Shown here piece by piece: positions 45,130-52,912 of a DNA stretch of 64,000 nt. Made by a program: the position numbers and the translations under genes. The notes under the pieces are model-generated. The model saw nothing but the letters and a program-made list of their open reading frames with translations. It ran no database searches and had not been told where the DNA came from. Origin of the DNA: a virus; the IMG/VR virus record IMGVR_UViG_3300043331_000441, positions 66,557-130,556 of that record. The stretch is one strand, 5' to 3'. The number at the start of each line of letters is the position of its first letter. Position 1 is the first letter of the stretch.

Positions 45130-46923
45130 TCACCTCCCGCCGTTTGCATCCTTGGATCGTTCAAGGTGCGTGGCGAACCCGACCGGTAGCTGTGGTAGCC
45201 GCTCGTCATACAACGTGCGGGCAGCAAACGACTCGATCATCTCGCAGATCGCGTCTGCCTGCTTCGGTGTGTAGTCCCAGTAGACGAGCATGTCCTTGAA
45301 AGTGTCCGTCCCGCCCCGGACGAGACGCAAGGGTTCCCAGCCAAGTCGCTCGACGACACCGGGCCCGATGATCGATGCGACCAGCGCATGCGGCTGTCCG
45401 TCTGCCTTCTCGAAGCAGTCAGGACAGTTGCGATGCTTCTGATAGAGCCTGATCCCTGCTAGCTCACGACAGCGCGCAAGTGCCATCATCGCCGCGCCCA
45501 TCGCTTCGTAAGACTCTGCCGACGAGGTAACGACTCTTGTCCGACGCCCGGAATCCCCCTCCGGACCGGGCGTCGGAGGCCCATCCACCGCAGGATCACG
45601 CCCGTTTGTCGTGGCTGTCGAGATCTGCTGTCGCGACGGCTGCTTGTTGCGGCCCTGAATCTCAAGCCACCACTGCTCGTCCTCGTCGTCCGGTGCCCAT
45701 TCCTCAGGAATGTTCTTCATCAGGCGGTAGCCGCGACGACTGACGACTCCGTACTTCGCAGCGTCGTCTGCATCGTCCGAGCGATCCGGCTTGACAACAA
45801 CGGCTGATGCGTCGTAGTCAACGACTACCGACCCCCAATTGGGGTATCCGGCATCACGGAGCGCTGGTTGGAGATACGCGGCGCCGAGTTCGTCGCAGAA
45901 CTGCTCGGCGACCGGAGCGCCGTGCGACTTCCACATGTCGCCGAGAATCTGCATCGACGCCCAGTGATTTGTGTTGCCAAGGCCTTTGAGCGCCTCCGGC
46001 GGCATGTCCATGCCGTACGCGAGGCGATCGATTGCCTCTTTGCGCAGGTCGCGCTCCATGTAGTCGTTTTTCGTGTCGTGCGTCTGGATGTAACGGATCT
46101 TCTCGATGTACTCACCCATCACCCACGAGACGAGTGGTGCGCGACCGGCTGCCGAGTCAGGCTCTTCGATCGCCTTGATCATGTTGTTGAGGAAGTCCTC
46201 CGACCACGGGTCCATATAGACGTCCTCGTCACCGCCAGCCTCGGCGGGAGGCGGAGCGATCTCGGTCGGAAGGAAAAGCAGCCCGTTGGTCAGGCGCGAA
46301 GTGGCGGTTGCACGCACAGACTTTGTGAGCAAGATCAGCTCTTCGGCAATCTCCAGTGCGGCCTGCATCGGTGATTCAGCGTCATAGGAACGATGTGGAC
46401 TTGGTGTCCACATGCGATACACAACCGCCTGGTCTGGGCTGTACTCACGTGTCGTCGAGCCCGACAGCTTGTGGATGATCTTCTTGACGCCGCCGTTCGA
46501 GTTCGTTTCGACATCGATTTCGCCGTTCCAGACAAACGACCAACGCTCACGCTCTGTTTCAAGCTCGCGCCCAAAGAGCAGACCCTCGCCGGTGATGAAC
46601 ATCAGGCGGCCGTAGTTCCAGAGCAACTGCGACTTGCCACCGCCCGGATCACGAATCCGACCCAGAAGATCAACAGGCAAGCCGTCCTTGATTTCAACCT
46701 TCTGCTCCTGCGCATCGATCATGGAAGGAAAGATGCGCAGCGGCTTCAACATGCGCGCATAGAAACGCGACGCGAAGCCGAGTTCCGGTACTAGCTTTGA
46801 GACAGCAAGTGCCCTCTCTTGCCACGGCAGCTTGCTTCGCTTTGCGTAATCAGAATCGCGGTCGCCTACTCGGTAGGCAGACGCGACAAGATTGCGTCCA
46901 AGACGCCGATTGGGCAGAGCCAT
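45130..46923 (-). CDS. portal protein
   Basis: 597 aa; VPEL.FASR......LRI, R.W.P.P.....A.SP, LA..MDMPPE.L.G...NHW....I. Confidence 0.88.
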   Translation of the reverse strand: MALPNRRLGRNLVASAYRVGDRDSDYAKRSKLPWQERALAVSKLVPELGFASRFYARMLKPLRIFPSMIDAQEQKVEIKDGLPVDLLGRIRDPGGGKSQLLWNYGRLMFITGEGLLFGRELETERERWSFVWNGEIDVETNSNGGVKKIIHKLSGSTTREYSPDQAVVYRMWTPSPHRSYDAESPMQAALEIAEELILLTKSVRATATSRLTNGLLFLPTEIAPPPAEAGGDEDVYMDPWSEDFLNNMIKAIEEPDSAAGRAPLVSWVMGEYIEKIRYIQTHDTKNDYMERDLRKEAIDRLAYGMDMPPEALKGLGNTNHWASMQILGDMWKSHGAPVAEQFCDELGAAYLQPALRDAGYPNWGSVVVDYDASAVVVKPDRSDDADDAAKYGVVSRRGYRLMKNIPEEWAPDDEDEQWWLEIQGRNKQPSRQQISTATTNGRDPAVDGPPTPGPEGDSGRRTRVVTSSAESYEAMGAAMMALARCRELAGIRLYQKHRNCPDCFEKADGQPHALVASIIGPGVVERLGWEPLRLVRGGTDTFKDMLVYWDYTPKQADAICEMIESFAARTLYDERLPQLPVGFATHLERSKDANGGR

Positions 46924-46929
46924 TGACGC

Positions 46930-47004
46930 CTACTGCTTGCCTTCTGGCGGCTGCTTCGGCGTCTGCTTCGGGATCTTGCCCTTTTTACCGCACCCGCATC
47001 CCAC
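46930..47004 (-). CDS. 24-aa MGCGCGKK micro-protein
   Basis: GTG start with AAGGAG SD; MGCGCGKKGKIPKQTPKQPPEGKQ; ends 6 nt before the portal ATG. Confidence 0.6.
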   Translation of the reverse strand: MGCGCGKKGKIPKQTPKQPPEGKQ

Positions 47005-47083
47005 GTCTAATCACTCCTTTGCGCAAAGGACTCAACGCGTAGGAGGGTACAGCTGGGCTAGGGCATATCGCACGGGACGGCGC

Positions 47084-47137
47084 TAGGGCGCTGGCGTGGA
47101 GCGGGGGAGGCTCCAAGGGAAGGGCGCCAGCGCCCTA
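47084..47137. terminator. long branched hairpin downstream of the Ro60 gene
   Basis: 13-bp inverted repeat TAGGGCGCTGGCG / CGCCAGCGCCCTA enclosing an inner TGGAGC/GCTCCA stem; no U-tract. Confidence 0.55.
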
Positions 47138-47150
47138 ACGATGGACGAAC

Positions 47151-48779
47151 TTAGATCTTGCCAGCGATGAAGTCGCTAATCAAGTTCGGCGTCGCCGTAT
47201 CGAAGCCGACGACATCGAGTTGACCAGCGTCCTGCGGATCGTTGATCTGCGTTGCATATGAAACCATCGCGACCGTGACGCAGCGGGCGTTGATGCCGCT
47301 CTGCTTGCGGTACTGCACCAGCGCCTGCGCCGGGTGGTAACGATGCCCGGCCCACGTCTGATGGTCGGTGTAGAGCACGAAGCCGTCGAACTGCTTGCGC
47401 TTCTTGATCGCGTACTCCATCGGCAGCGAGCAGTCGGTGCCGCCACCCGTCGCCGGGAAGGAGTTGAGCGCGTCATCGAGCCGCTGGCTAGACGAGATGC
47501 CCGCGGCATAGACCGACGTATCGAAGCCGATCACCTCGACGTCCGGCTCGACGTTGAGCGTGATCAGGGCCATCGCGACCCCTGCCTCACGCGGCGACAG
47601 CGGGGCGCCCTGAATGCCGTAGCCCATGCCCATCATCGACCCGGACACGTCGACTGCCAGCAACAGCTTCTTGTTGGTCGGCTCAACGTTCTTGAATGCC
47701 GTGTAGAACGCAGCATCGAGTGCGTCGGTGATCTTCGGCTTCGGCGTCCAGCCCTCGCCGCGCGACTGGTAGCCGTGGCCCGACGCATACGTGCGTAGCG
47801 CGAACAGCACCGCCATCGGATGGATCCGCGACTTGCGAATGTACTCGGCGTCCGCGAGCTGATCGAGCACGATCTTGAGTAGCGCCGTGTCCTCCAGCGT
47901 GCGGTTACGAGTCATCGTCGCAAGGTTGCGGATCAACGCCGTCATCGGCATCCCCGCCTCCAGCAGGGCGCCCCAGACGTCGGTCGAATTGAGATGTTCG
48001 GTCTTGAGCGCCTCCCGCGGCAGACGGAACTCACGGATCAGTTCAGCCGTCCGAGCCGTGGACGGAGAATCCTGTGCAGCCTCGAACGCGCCGAGTAGAG
48101 CTGGCTTGTCAAGCTGATCAGAACCGGATCGATCGGACTGGGTCGGAGTAGGCTTGTCATTGCGCACGATCCACTCGAAGATCGCGGCATTGTCCTTGTG
48201 GGCCGGGTGTGCAAGCCGAAGCAAGTCACGATGGCTCCAGCCGCCGCGCGAGCGGTACTTGATCGCCTGGTAGGCAAGCTGATCTGGATTACGGTCGTAC
48301 CAGTTGGAAACGGCCCACCGCATCGTCCGGCCCCAACCGCGCATCGTCTCTGCGTACGCAACGAACGAGTACAGATGCGTGCCGATCCGCGCGACCTTCG
48401 GCAGCGCCTCAGCCGCAGCCCGCTTCGTCACGTTGTCGCCATGCGAGATCGCGTAGGCGAGCGCATATAGCGCCTGATCATTCTTCGGCGCACGCCCCTC
48501 GTCAGAGATCGTGACAATCTCGTTGACGGTCTTGACGCCGTCCTCCTTGAGGCACTCGCCGAGCGCGATGATGTTCTGCTTCGTCAGCTCACGCTCGCCG
48601 ACGTAGTACGCGCCACCCTCGGTGCCGAGCACAAGGAAGCGCCGTAGCCGCGCCCACTTGTCAGCCTGCCAGGCGTAGCCCCCGGCCTCGTTCTTGACCT
48701 GATCTGCCCGCATCGGCTCCGACTGCGGAGTCCGACGGGTGCCCCCGTGCTGCAGCAAAGCGTTCCGCTGCTTGGCCAT
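47151..48779 (-). CDS. rsr: Ro60/Rsr RNA-binding protein (TROVE + vWA domains)
   Basis: 542 aa; RLRRFL.LGT.GG.YY, Q.IKYR.R.GWSHRDLLRL.H, MP.TALIRNL..M, vWA LAVDVSGSM...TD..TW, DVVGFD. Confidence 0.95.
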   Translation of the reverse strand: MAKQRNALLQHGGTRRTPQSEPMRADQVKNEAGGYAWQADKWARLRRFLVLGTEGGAYYVGERELTKQNIIALGECLKEDGVKTVNEIVTISDEGRAPKNDQALYALAYAISHGDNVTKRAAAEALPKVARIGTHLYSFVAYAETMRGWGRTMRWAVSNWYDRNPDQLAYQAIKYRSRGGWSHRDLLRLAHPAHKDNAAIFEWIVRNDKPTPTQSDRSGSDQLDKPALLGAFEAAQDSPSTARTAELIREFRLPREALKTEHLNSTDVWGALLEAGMPMTALIRNLATMTRNRTLEDTALLKIVLDQLADAEYIRKSRIHPMAVLFALRTYASGHGYQSRGEGWTPKPKITDALDAAFYTAFKNVEPTNKKLLLAVDVSGSMMGMGYGIQGAPLSPREAGVAMALITLNVEPDVEVIGFDTSVYAAGISSSQRLDDALNSFPATGGGTDCSLPMEYAIKKRKQFDGFVLYTDHQTWAGHRYHPAQALVQYRKQSGINARCVTVAMVSYATQINDPQDAGQLDVVGFDTATPNLISDFIAGKI

Positions 48780-48813
48780 GCTGAACCTCCTTTGGCAAGA
48801 GACGCACTAACGT

Positions 48814-48945
48814 CCACCGGGCGTGGTGTGGGAGTCGGGTGGGAGGCTCTCGCCTTGATCCCGGGTGAGCGTTGCGGATTCGAACCGCTACAGCGCTTAC
48901 CGCCGCCTGCTGGAAGATAACCGACCGGCCCTCCGGCCCAAGTGG
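48814..48945 (-). ncRNA. Y-RNA-like unit A (terminal Ro-type stem, T-arm-containing interior)
   Basis: Minus strand 5' CCAC-TTGGGCCGGAG...GGTTATC, T-arm GCGG-TTCGAAT-CCGC, 3' CACACCACGCCC-GGTGG. Confidence 0.75.
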
Positions 48946-49004
48946 AAAAACAACTATAGCGAACTGCGGAGGAAATGCAAGTGCCTATTTGCAGGTATTT
49001 CGCG

Positions 49005-49150
49005 GCGGATGTGTGGTGAGGTCGGGTTTACACCCATCAGATTGCTCTGCTGAGCGATCTTGCGACGCCTTGTCGCCTACCCGCCATGAGAGGCGGGTAC
49101 CGGAATCGAACCAGTCAACGAGATAACCGAGTCTCTTTCGACCCAACCGC
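49005..49150 (-). ncRNA. Y-RNA-like unit B (YrlA-like circularly permuted tRNA module)
   Basis: 5' GGGTCGAAAG (fits the GNCGAAN0-1G Ro-site motif as I recall it), T-arm ACTGG-TTCGATT-CCGGT, looped acceptor ACCCGCC-TCTCAT-GGCGGGT. Confidence 0.8.
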
Positions 49151-49170
49151 GAGTGCGAGAGTCTAACAGA

Positions 49171-49297
49171 GAGGGGGCGTGTGAACGAGATCGGTTTGAG
49201 GCTGCTGCTCTTCCAACTGAGCTACACGCGAAGCGTGGCGGGACTTGAACCCGCGACCCGCAGCTTGGTAGGTAACCGAAACCCTCCGGCCCACCTC
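49171..49297 (-). ncRNA. Y-RNA-like unit C (classic YrlA T/acceptor/D module)
   Basis: GCTGC...GCGGG-TTCAAGT-CCCGC-CACGC-TTC-GCGTG-TA-GCTC-AGTTGGAA-GAGC-A-GCAGC; the anticodon stem continues into the terminal stem. Confidence 0.85.
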
Positions 49298-49313
49298 ACA
49301 AATGAGTATAGGC

Positions 49314-49429
49314 GAGGGGCGTGTTGTGAGGAACGGTCGCGTGCTTTCGCACGTTCGCAGGGTTTGAACCCGCCTTCCCAGGTCGTAACCTGGTTTGTCC
49401 CGATAACCGTCAGCCTCTCCGGCCCACTC
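49314..49429 (-). ncRNA. Y-RNA-like unit D (T-arm plus two hairpins)
   Basis: 5' GAG-TGGGCCGGAG...GGTTATC; GCGGG-TTCAAAC-CCTGC; CGTGC-GAAA-GCACG; 3' CACAACACGCCC-CTC. Confidence 0.75.
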
Positions 49430-49467
49430 ACTCACCGGTAAGGACCTACGTTACGAGCGTATCAAAT

Positions 49468-49605
49468 GAGAGGGGGGCGTGGTATGCGATGGGCCGTGGA
49501 AGGGCCGGAATCGAACCGGCGTCTTCGGCGTTCTAGGCCGATGCTCTACCTCTGAGCTACCCCAGCGATGTGCTGGATAACCCAAGCGCTCCGGCCCACC
49601 CTCTC
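49468..49605 (-). ncRNA. Y-RNA-like unit E carrying a canonical-order tRNA body (anticodon AGA) with a truncated acceptor stem
   Basis: GGGG-TA-GCTC-AGAGGTA-GAGC-A-TCGGC-CTAGAAC-GCCGA-AGAC-GCCGG-TTCGATT-CCGGC-CCTT-CCA inside the shared terminal stem. Confidence 0.8.
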
Positions 49606-49643
49606 TGTGCGCCTCTTGCCGAGGCACACATCATCTTAAGCAA

Positions 49644-49712
49644 TCCCGGGCGTGTTGTGCTTGAGGGGTCTGTTCTCCAATGAAGGTAACCCTCGAAGCT
49701 CCGGCCCAAGGA
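49644..49712 (-). ncRNA. Y-RNA-like unit F (minimal, ~65 nt, no tRNA module)
   Basis: TCC-TTGGGCCGGAGCTTCGAGGGTTACC...ACCCCTCAAGC-ACAACACGCCC-GGGA. Confidence 0.7.
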
Positions 49713-49721
49713 CAAAAATGT

Positions 49722-49854
49722 GGCGGGCGTGGTGTGAAGATCGGTGTTTTGGCGTCCTTGGCCACTAGACGACATAGCCCGAAGGCCACGGCGGGATTCG
49801 AACCCGCGTATCCCTCTTATCAGGAGATAACCGATGCTTCTCCGGCCCAACCGC
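49722..49854 (-). ncRNA. Y-RNA-like unit G (permuted tRNA with a retained GAT anticodon-like loop)
   Basis: CTC-CTGATAA-GAG loop, GCGGG-TTCGAAT-CCCGC, CGTGGCC-TTCG-GGCTATG acceptor, GTC-TAGTGGCCAAG-GAC D-arm. Confidence 0.82.
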
Positions 49855-49865
49855 ATGAGACTCTA

Positions 49866-50066
49866 TCAGGCCGCGACCGGAGCCTTCGGAGGGCGCCCGC
49901 GACGCTTAATCTGGCGGCCTCCAAGCTCCTCTGCCTCTGAATCGGTGATGTCCAGGATACGCACACCCTTCTTGGGATCGTGGAACTTGATCGTCACCGA
50001 CGCACCTGTGCCCTCGGGGATTTCCTGTCCCGAGCGATCACTCACAAACACTTCCTTCTTAGCCAT
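49866..50066 (-). CDS. Lsr2-like small DNA-binding protein (dimerisation-like N-terminus plus RRGRPPK AT-hook)
   Basis: MAKKEVFVSD.SG...V.I....LD.TD.EA..L...RRGRPPK; strong AAGGAGG SD. Confidence 0.65.
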   Translation of the reverse strand: MAKKEVFVSDRSGQEIPEGTGASVTIKFHDPKKGVRILDITDSEAEELGGRQIKRRGRPPKAPVAA

Positions 50067-50070
50067 TACA

Positions 50071-50089
50071 CCTCCTTTCTCTAAGGAGG
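50071..50089 (-). promoter_or_regulatory. hairpin sequestering the SD of the Lsr2-like gene
   Basis: Minus strand CCTCCTT-AGAGA-AAGGAGG, starting 1 nt after the ugd stop codon. Confidence 0.55.
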
Positions 50090-50090
50090 A

Positions 50091-51161
50091 TTATACGTCT
50101 ACGGCAGGATCTGTGTGCGTGAACTCGATGTTACGTTCGCGCAGAATGTTTGCAAGTAGCGTTGCTGGGGAACCAACAGTCAGCGCAGTCTCGGGCTTAT
50201 AGGCTTTCCCGAGGATCTCAACGGGTCGAAAGGCAGATTGCGCGTTCTGTTCTTCGGCGATCAGGTCTGCGAGCCACTCGGTCTGTCGTTCTCGGCAGAC
50301 CATGAGTGCTTCAAATAGGTCGTAGGACAAATTGACTTCCCTTGCCAGCCAGGAGAGGGCGATGTTGTCGCGGGGGTGGCAACCGCCGCCGTCCCCCATC
50401 CCTCCGCGCAGATAGGCCGGGCTGAGAAGTCGCCTGTCGGCCAGAGACAAGGCGTCCACAAGGTCATCGACGTCCGCTCCTGTTTTCTCGCATAGCTCCA
50501 TCATCGTGTTCGCGAACGCGATCTTCAAGCCAATGAAGGTGTTGTAGGCAACTTTCGTCAGTTCTGCCGTTCTGATCGTGGTGACAAACATCGGCCGCTT
50601 ATGGATCACGCCATAGAACTCCCGCAGCGGTTCTGTGTGCGCACCATCGGTGCCAACGAGCACGAACTCTGGGTCGCGGAAGTCGGGGATGGTGGTGCCC
50701 ATCGCGATGAAGAACGGGTTGTAAAGCAAGCGCGACAATAGATCGGGATGGCCAGAGAACAACACGCGCTCAACGGTGCCGGGGAGCACCGTGGAGATCA
50801 CGACGATCGGGCATTGCGCATCCACGACTGATGTTACGGCGTTCCACAAGTGGCGGTAATCGAAGTCGGCGCGCGTCTCAGATAGCCTCGTCACGCCCTC
50901 ATACTCTGGCTGGTGCGGAGTCTGCACAGCGACAAACACAATGTCGGCCCATGGGCAGATTGCATCCGGCGGCATCAACCGCAGATGACTGACATCAAGC
51001 AGCTCCTGGGCGCCCTCTTCGACATACGGCAGCTCGCGCTTTTCGATGTAGGCACGGACTGTGGGGCTGGTATCCCAGCCCCACACGTGATGTCCGGCGG
51101 CTTCGGCAGCAAGCGCGACGGGAAGCCCAAGCTTGCCCAGGCCAATGAAGCCAACTCTCAC
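50091..51161 (-). CDS. ugd: UDP-glucose/GDP-mannose dehydrogenase, lacking the C-terminal ~50 aa
   Basis: GFIGLGKLG Rossmann motif, ISTVLPGT, YNPFFIAMG, ELTKVAYNTF, GDGGGCHPRD catalytic Cys, GKAYKP; ends DPAVDV. Confidence 0.92.
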   Translation of the reverse strand: MRVGFIGLGKLGLPVALAAEAAGHHVWGWDTSPTVRAYIEKRELPYVEEGAQELLDVSHLRLMPPDAICPWADIVFVAVQTPHQPEYEGVTRLSETRADFDYRHLWNAVTSVVDAQCPIVVISTVLPGTVERVLFSGHPDLLSRLLYNPFFIAMGTTIPDFRDPEFVLVGTDGAHTEPLREFYGVIHKRPMFVTTIRTAELTKVAYNTFIGLKIAFANTMMELCEKTGADVDDLVDALSLADRRLLSPAYLRGGMGDGGGCHPRDNIALSWLAREVNLSYDLFEALMVCRERQTEWLADLIAEEQNAQSAFRPVEILGKAYKPETALTVGSPATLLANILRERNIEFTHTDPAVDV

Positions 51162-51349
51162 GAGAAAGCGTCCATCATCTTCGCCGAGCAGAGCCGCCCG
51201 ATCTCCATCAGGGCTTCTTCATCCTCTGGCTTTGGTGGGAAGGTGATCTCGTCAATCTGACGTAGTAACTCCCAAAGAGCGATCCGCTCGAACTCATCGA
51301 AGTCGAAGAACTCGCAGAGGGACTCGAAGTGCTCTTCCTTCTCGGTCAT
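51158..51349 (-). CDS. 63-aa acidic hypothetical protein
   Basis: ATGA overlap at 51349; 3' part of the track ORF 51158..51622. Confidence 0.55.
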   Translation of the reverse strand: MTEKEEHFESLCEFFDFDEFERIALWELLRQIDEITFPPKPEDEEALMEIGRLCSAKMMDAFS

Positions 51350-51555
51350 GCAGGCGGAAGCAGCAACTTGCCCTCGACGGTCATCAGGATCTTGTCGCCC
51401 AACAACTGCTTGAACACACGACGGGCAGCGCGACGCTCGCCCTTCTTGATCTCGCTCATCAGGTAATCGACGGTGTTCGCGCGGCGCGAGACAGCGACGA
51501 TGAGTTCGCGCTCCAACCTCGCTGCCTGTGCTGGATCTACTTCGGTGACAGCCAT
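51346..51555 (-). CDS. small hypothetical protein (winged-helix-like)
   Basis: 69 aa with AAGGAG SD. Confidence 0.6.
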   Translation of the reverse strand: MAVTEVDPAQAARLERELIVAVSRRANTVDYLMSEIKKGERRAARRVFKQLLGDKILMTVEGKLLLPPA

Positions 51556-51566
51556 GCTGTTCTCCT

Positions 51567-52322
51567 TTACCGTTTGACGAGTACCGCCCCAAGATACTCG
51601 CCGTGCTTGGTGAGATATTCACATTCTTTCACATCGAACCACGCACCGAACCGTTCTTCGAGTCTTTTTTGGTCATACCAGTCGGCGTATCCGCCGATCG
51701 GGTCCCAGTGCGTCCAGTAGCGCTCAAACAGCTCTGAGTCAGCGACTGATTCTGGTGGTTCTGTCTTGGTGGCGATGCGCCACGCTTCGTCCGAGTAGAC
51801 CATGAGGCGCAGCTCGCCGTTATGGACGAGCCAATGCGCCATATGCGAAACGACCGGCACCGGGTTTGGAATGTGATGTAGCACGCCGCAGCAGTGGATC
51901 ACGTCGAACTGGGCGTGATGGGCGTCGAAGATGAAGGGCGGCGCTTCATGAATGCGGAAGGAGCGCTCGGCGCGATAGCCGCTTGCCTCCAGCGTGCGCT
52001 TTGCGAGCATGATGTTGTACTCGGTGATGTCAGCAACGTAAACGCGGTTGCCCATCTTCGCGTACTGCAGCGCCTCAAGGCCGACGCCGCAACCGTAGTC
52101 GAGCACATCTTTGCCACGTGTTGTGTCGAGGCCGAGCACCGTTCGCCAACGCATCTGGAAGTTTCGCCAACCGCCATAGCGCGATTCGGCCATCTTCCCG
52201 AGCACATCATTGAGCGTCTCGTCGTCCCAGGTCAGCATCTCCTGAGCGGGGAAGTAGCCGATATCGTCGACCGGGGGCGACGACCATGCTTTGCGTCGTT
52301 CTGAGAAGGACGGGATCGTCAT
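51567..52322 (-). CDS. class I SAM-dependent methyltransferase
   Basis: DVLDYGCGVG, FDVIHCCGVLHHIP. Confidence 0.9.
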   Translation of the reverse strand: MTIPSFSERRKAWSSPPVDDIGYFPAQEMLTWDDETLNDVLGKMAESRYGGWRNFQMRWRTVLGLDTTRGKDVLDYGCGVGLEALQYAKMGNRVYVADITEYNIMLAKRTLEASGYRAERSFRIHEAPPFIFDAHHAQFDVIHCCGVLHHIPNPVPVVSHMAHWLVHNGELRLMVYSDEAWRIATKTEPPESVADSELFERYWTHWDPIGGYADWYDQKRLEERFGAWFDVKECEYLTKHGEYLGAVLVKR

Positions 52323-52912
52323 ACACGCCCTCTAAAAACGCCATGGAACGCCATCCCGGAATGGCCAAGGAATGTCTGAAGCTCAGTGACCTTGCCTGGT
52401 TGATCCAGCCACTGCTCTAGCAGCGTTGGCCTGATGCTATGCGGATGCCAGCGGTCAATTGGTTGGTAGCACCACTCCATCAGGCGCAGTACTGGAGCGA
52501 GGCGAAGCGCAACACGAATGAACTCTTCGGGATTGATCACATGCTGGAGAACGTTGTAACACCATGCTTCGTCGTAACCACCCGCGTCGTCAGGCAGTTC
52601 CTCAACGGGCATCTTGAGCAGGCTGATACCGACTTCCGAATATCTGATCCGCGTCCAGTACGGATACTCGCACGGATCGACTACGGCACAGTTCGGGCCC
52701 AAGTTCTGACACTTGAGCAGCAGCGAGGATGGTCCTCCTCCGAGGTCAACCACGTTGCGTCCTTCAAGATCGATCTGCATCCATTGGTTCGGGTGCAAGT
52801 CCATCAGCGGCGCGAACTCGATCTGCTTCATGTCCTCGACGAGGGTGGTGCGGCAGTCGCCCCACCACTCGGCCTCGGCCTTCTGCGCGAAGCGCCACTG
52901 ATCGAACATCAC
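52319..52912 (-). CDS. class I SAM-dependent methyltransferase
   Basis: VVDLGGGP..L, VVDP, YDEAWCYNVLQHV..P, HPH. Confidence 0.85.
   Translation of the reverse strand: MMFDQWRFAQKAEAEWWGDCRTTLVEDMKQIEFAPLMDLHPNQWMQIDLEGRNVVDLGGGPSSLLLKCQNLGPNCAVVDPCEYPYWTRIRYSEVGISLLKMPVEELPDDAGGYDEAWCYNVLQHVINPEEFIRVALRLAPVLRLMEWCYQPIDRWHPHSIRPTLLEQWLDQPGKVTELQTFLGHSGMAFHGVFRGRV

Noticed and set aside
49495-49566. Bona fide tRNA-Ser(AGA) gene
   Set aside because: Only ~4 bp of acceptor stem can form and the body is embedded in the shared terminal stem, so it is recorded as a tRNA mimic
48814-49854. CRISPR array interpretation of the repeated motifs
   Set aside because: Repeats are short paired 5'/3' motifs that base-pair around structured interiors of 60-145 nt; there is no fixed repeat/spacer period and no cas genes
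48865-49940. Short track ORFs on both strands across the RNA array
   Set aside because: No SD, no recognisable motifs, and they overlap elements with clear RNA covariation
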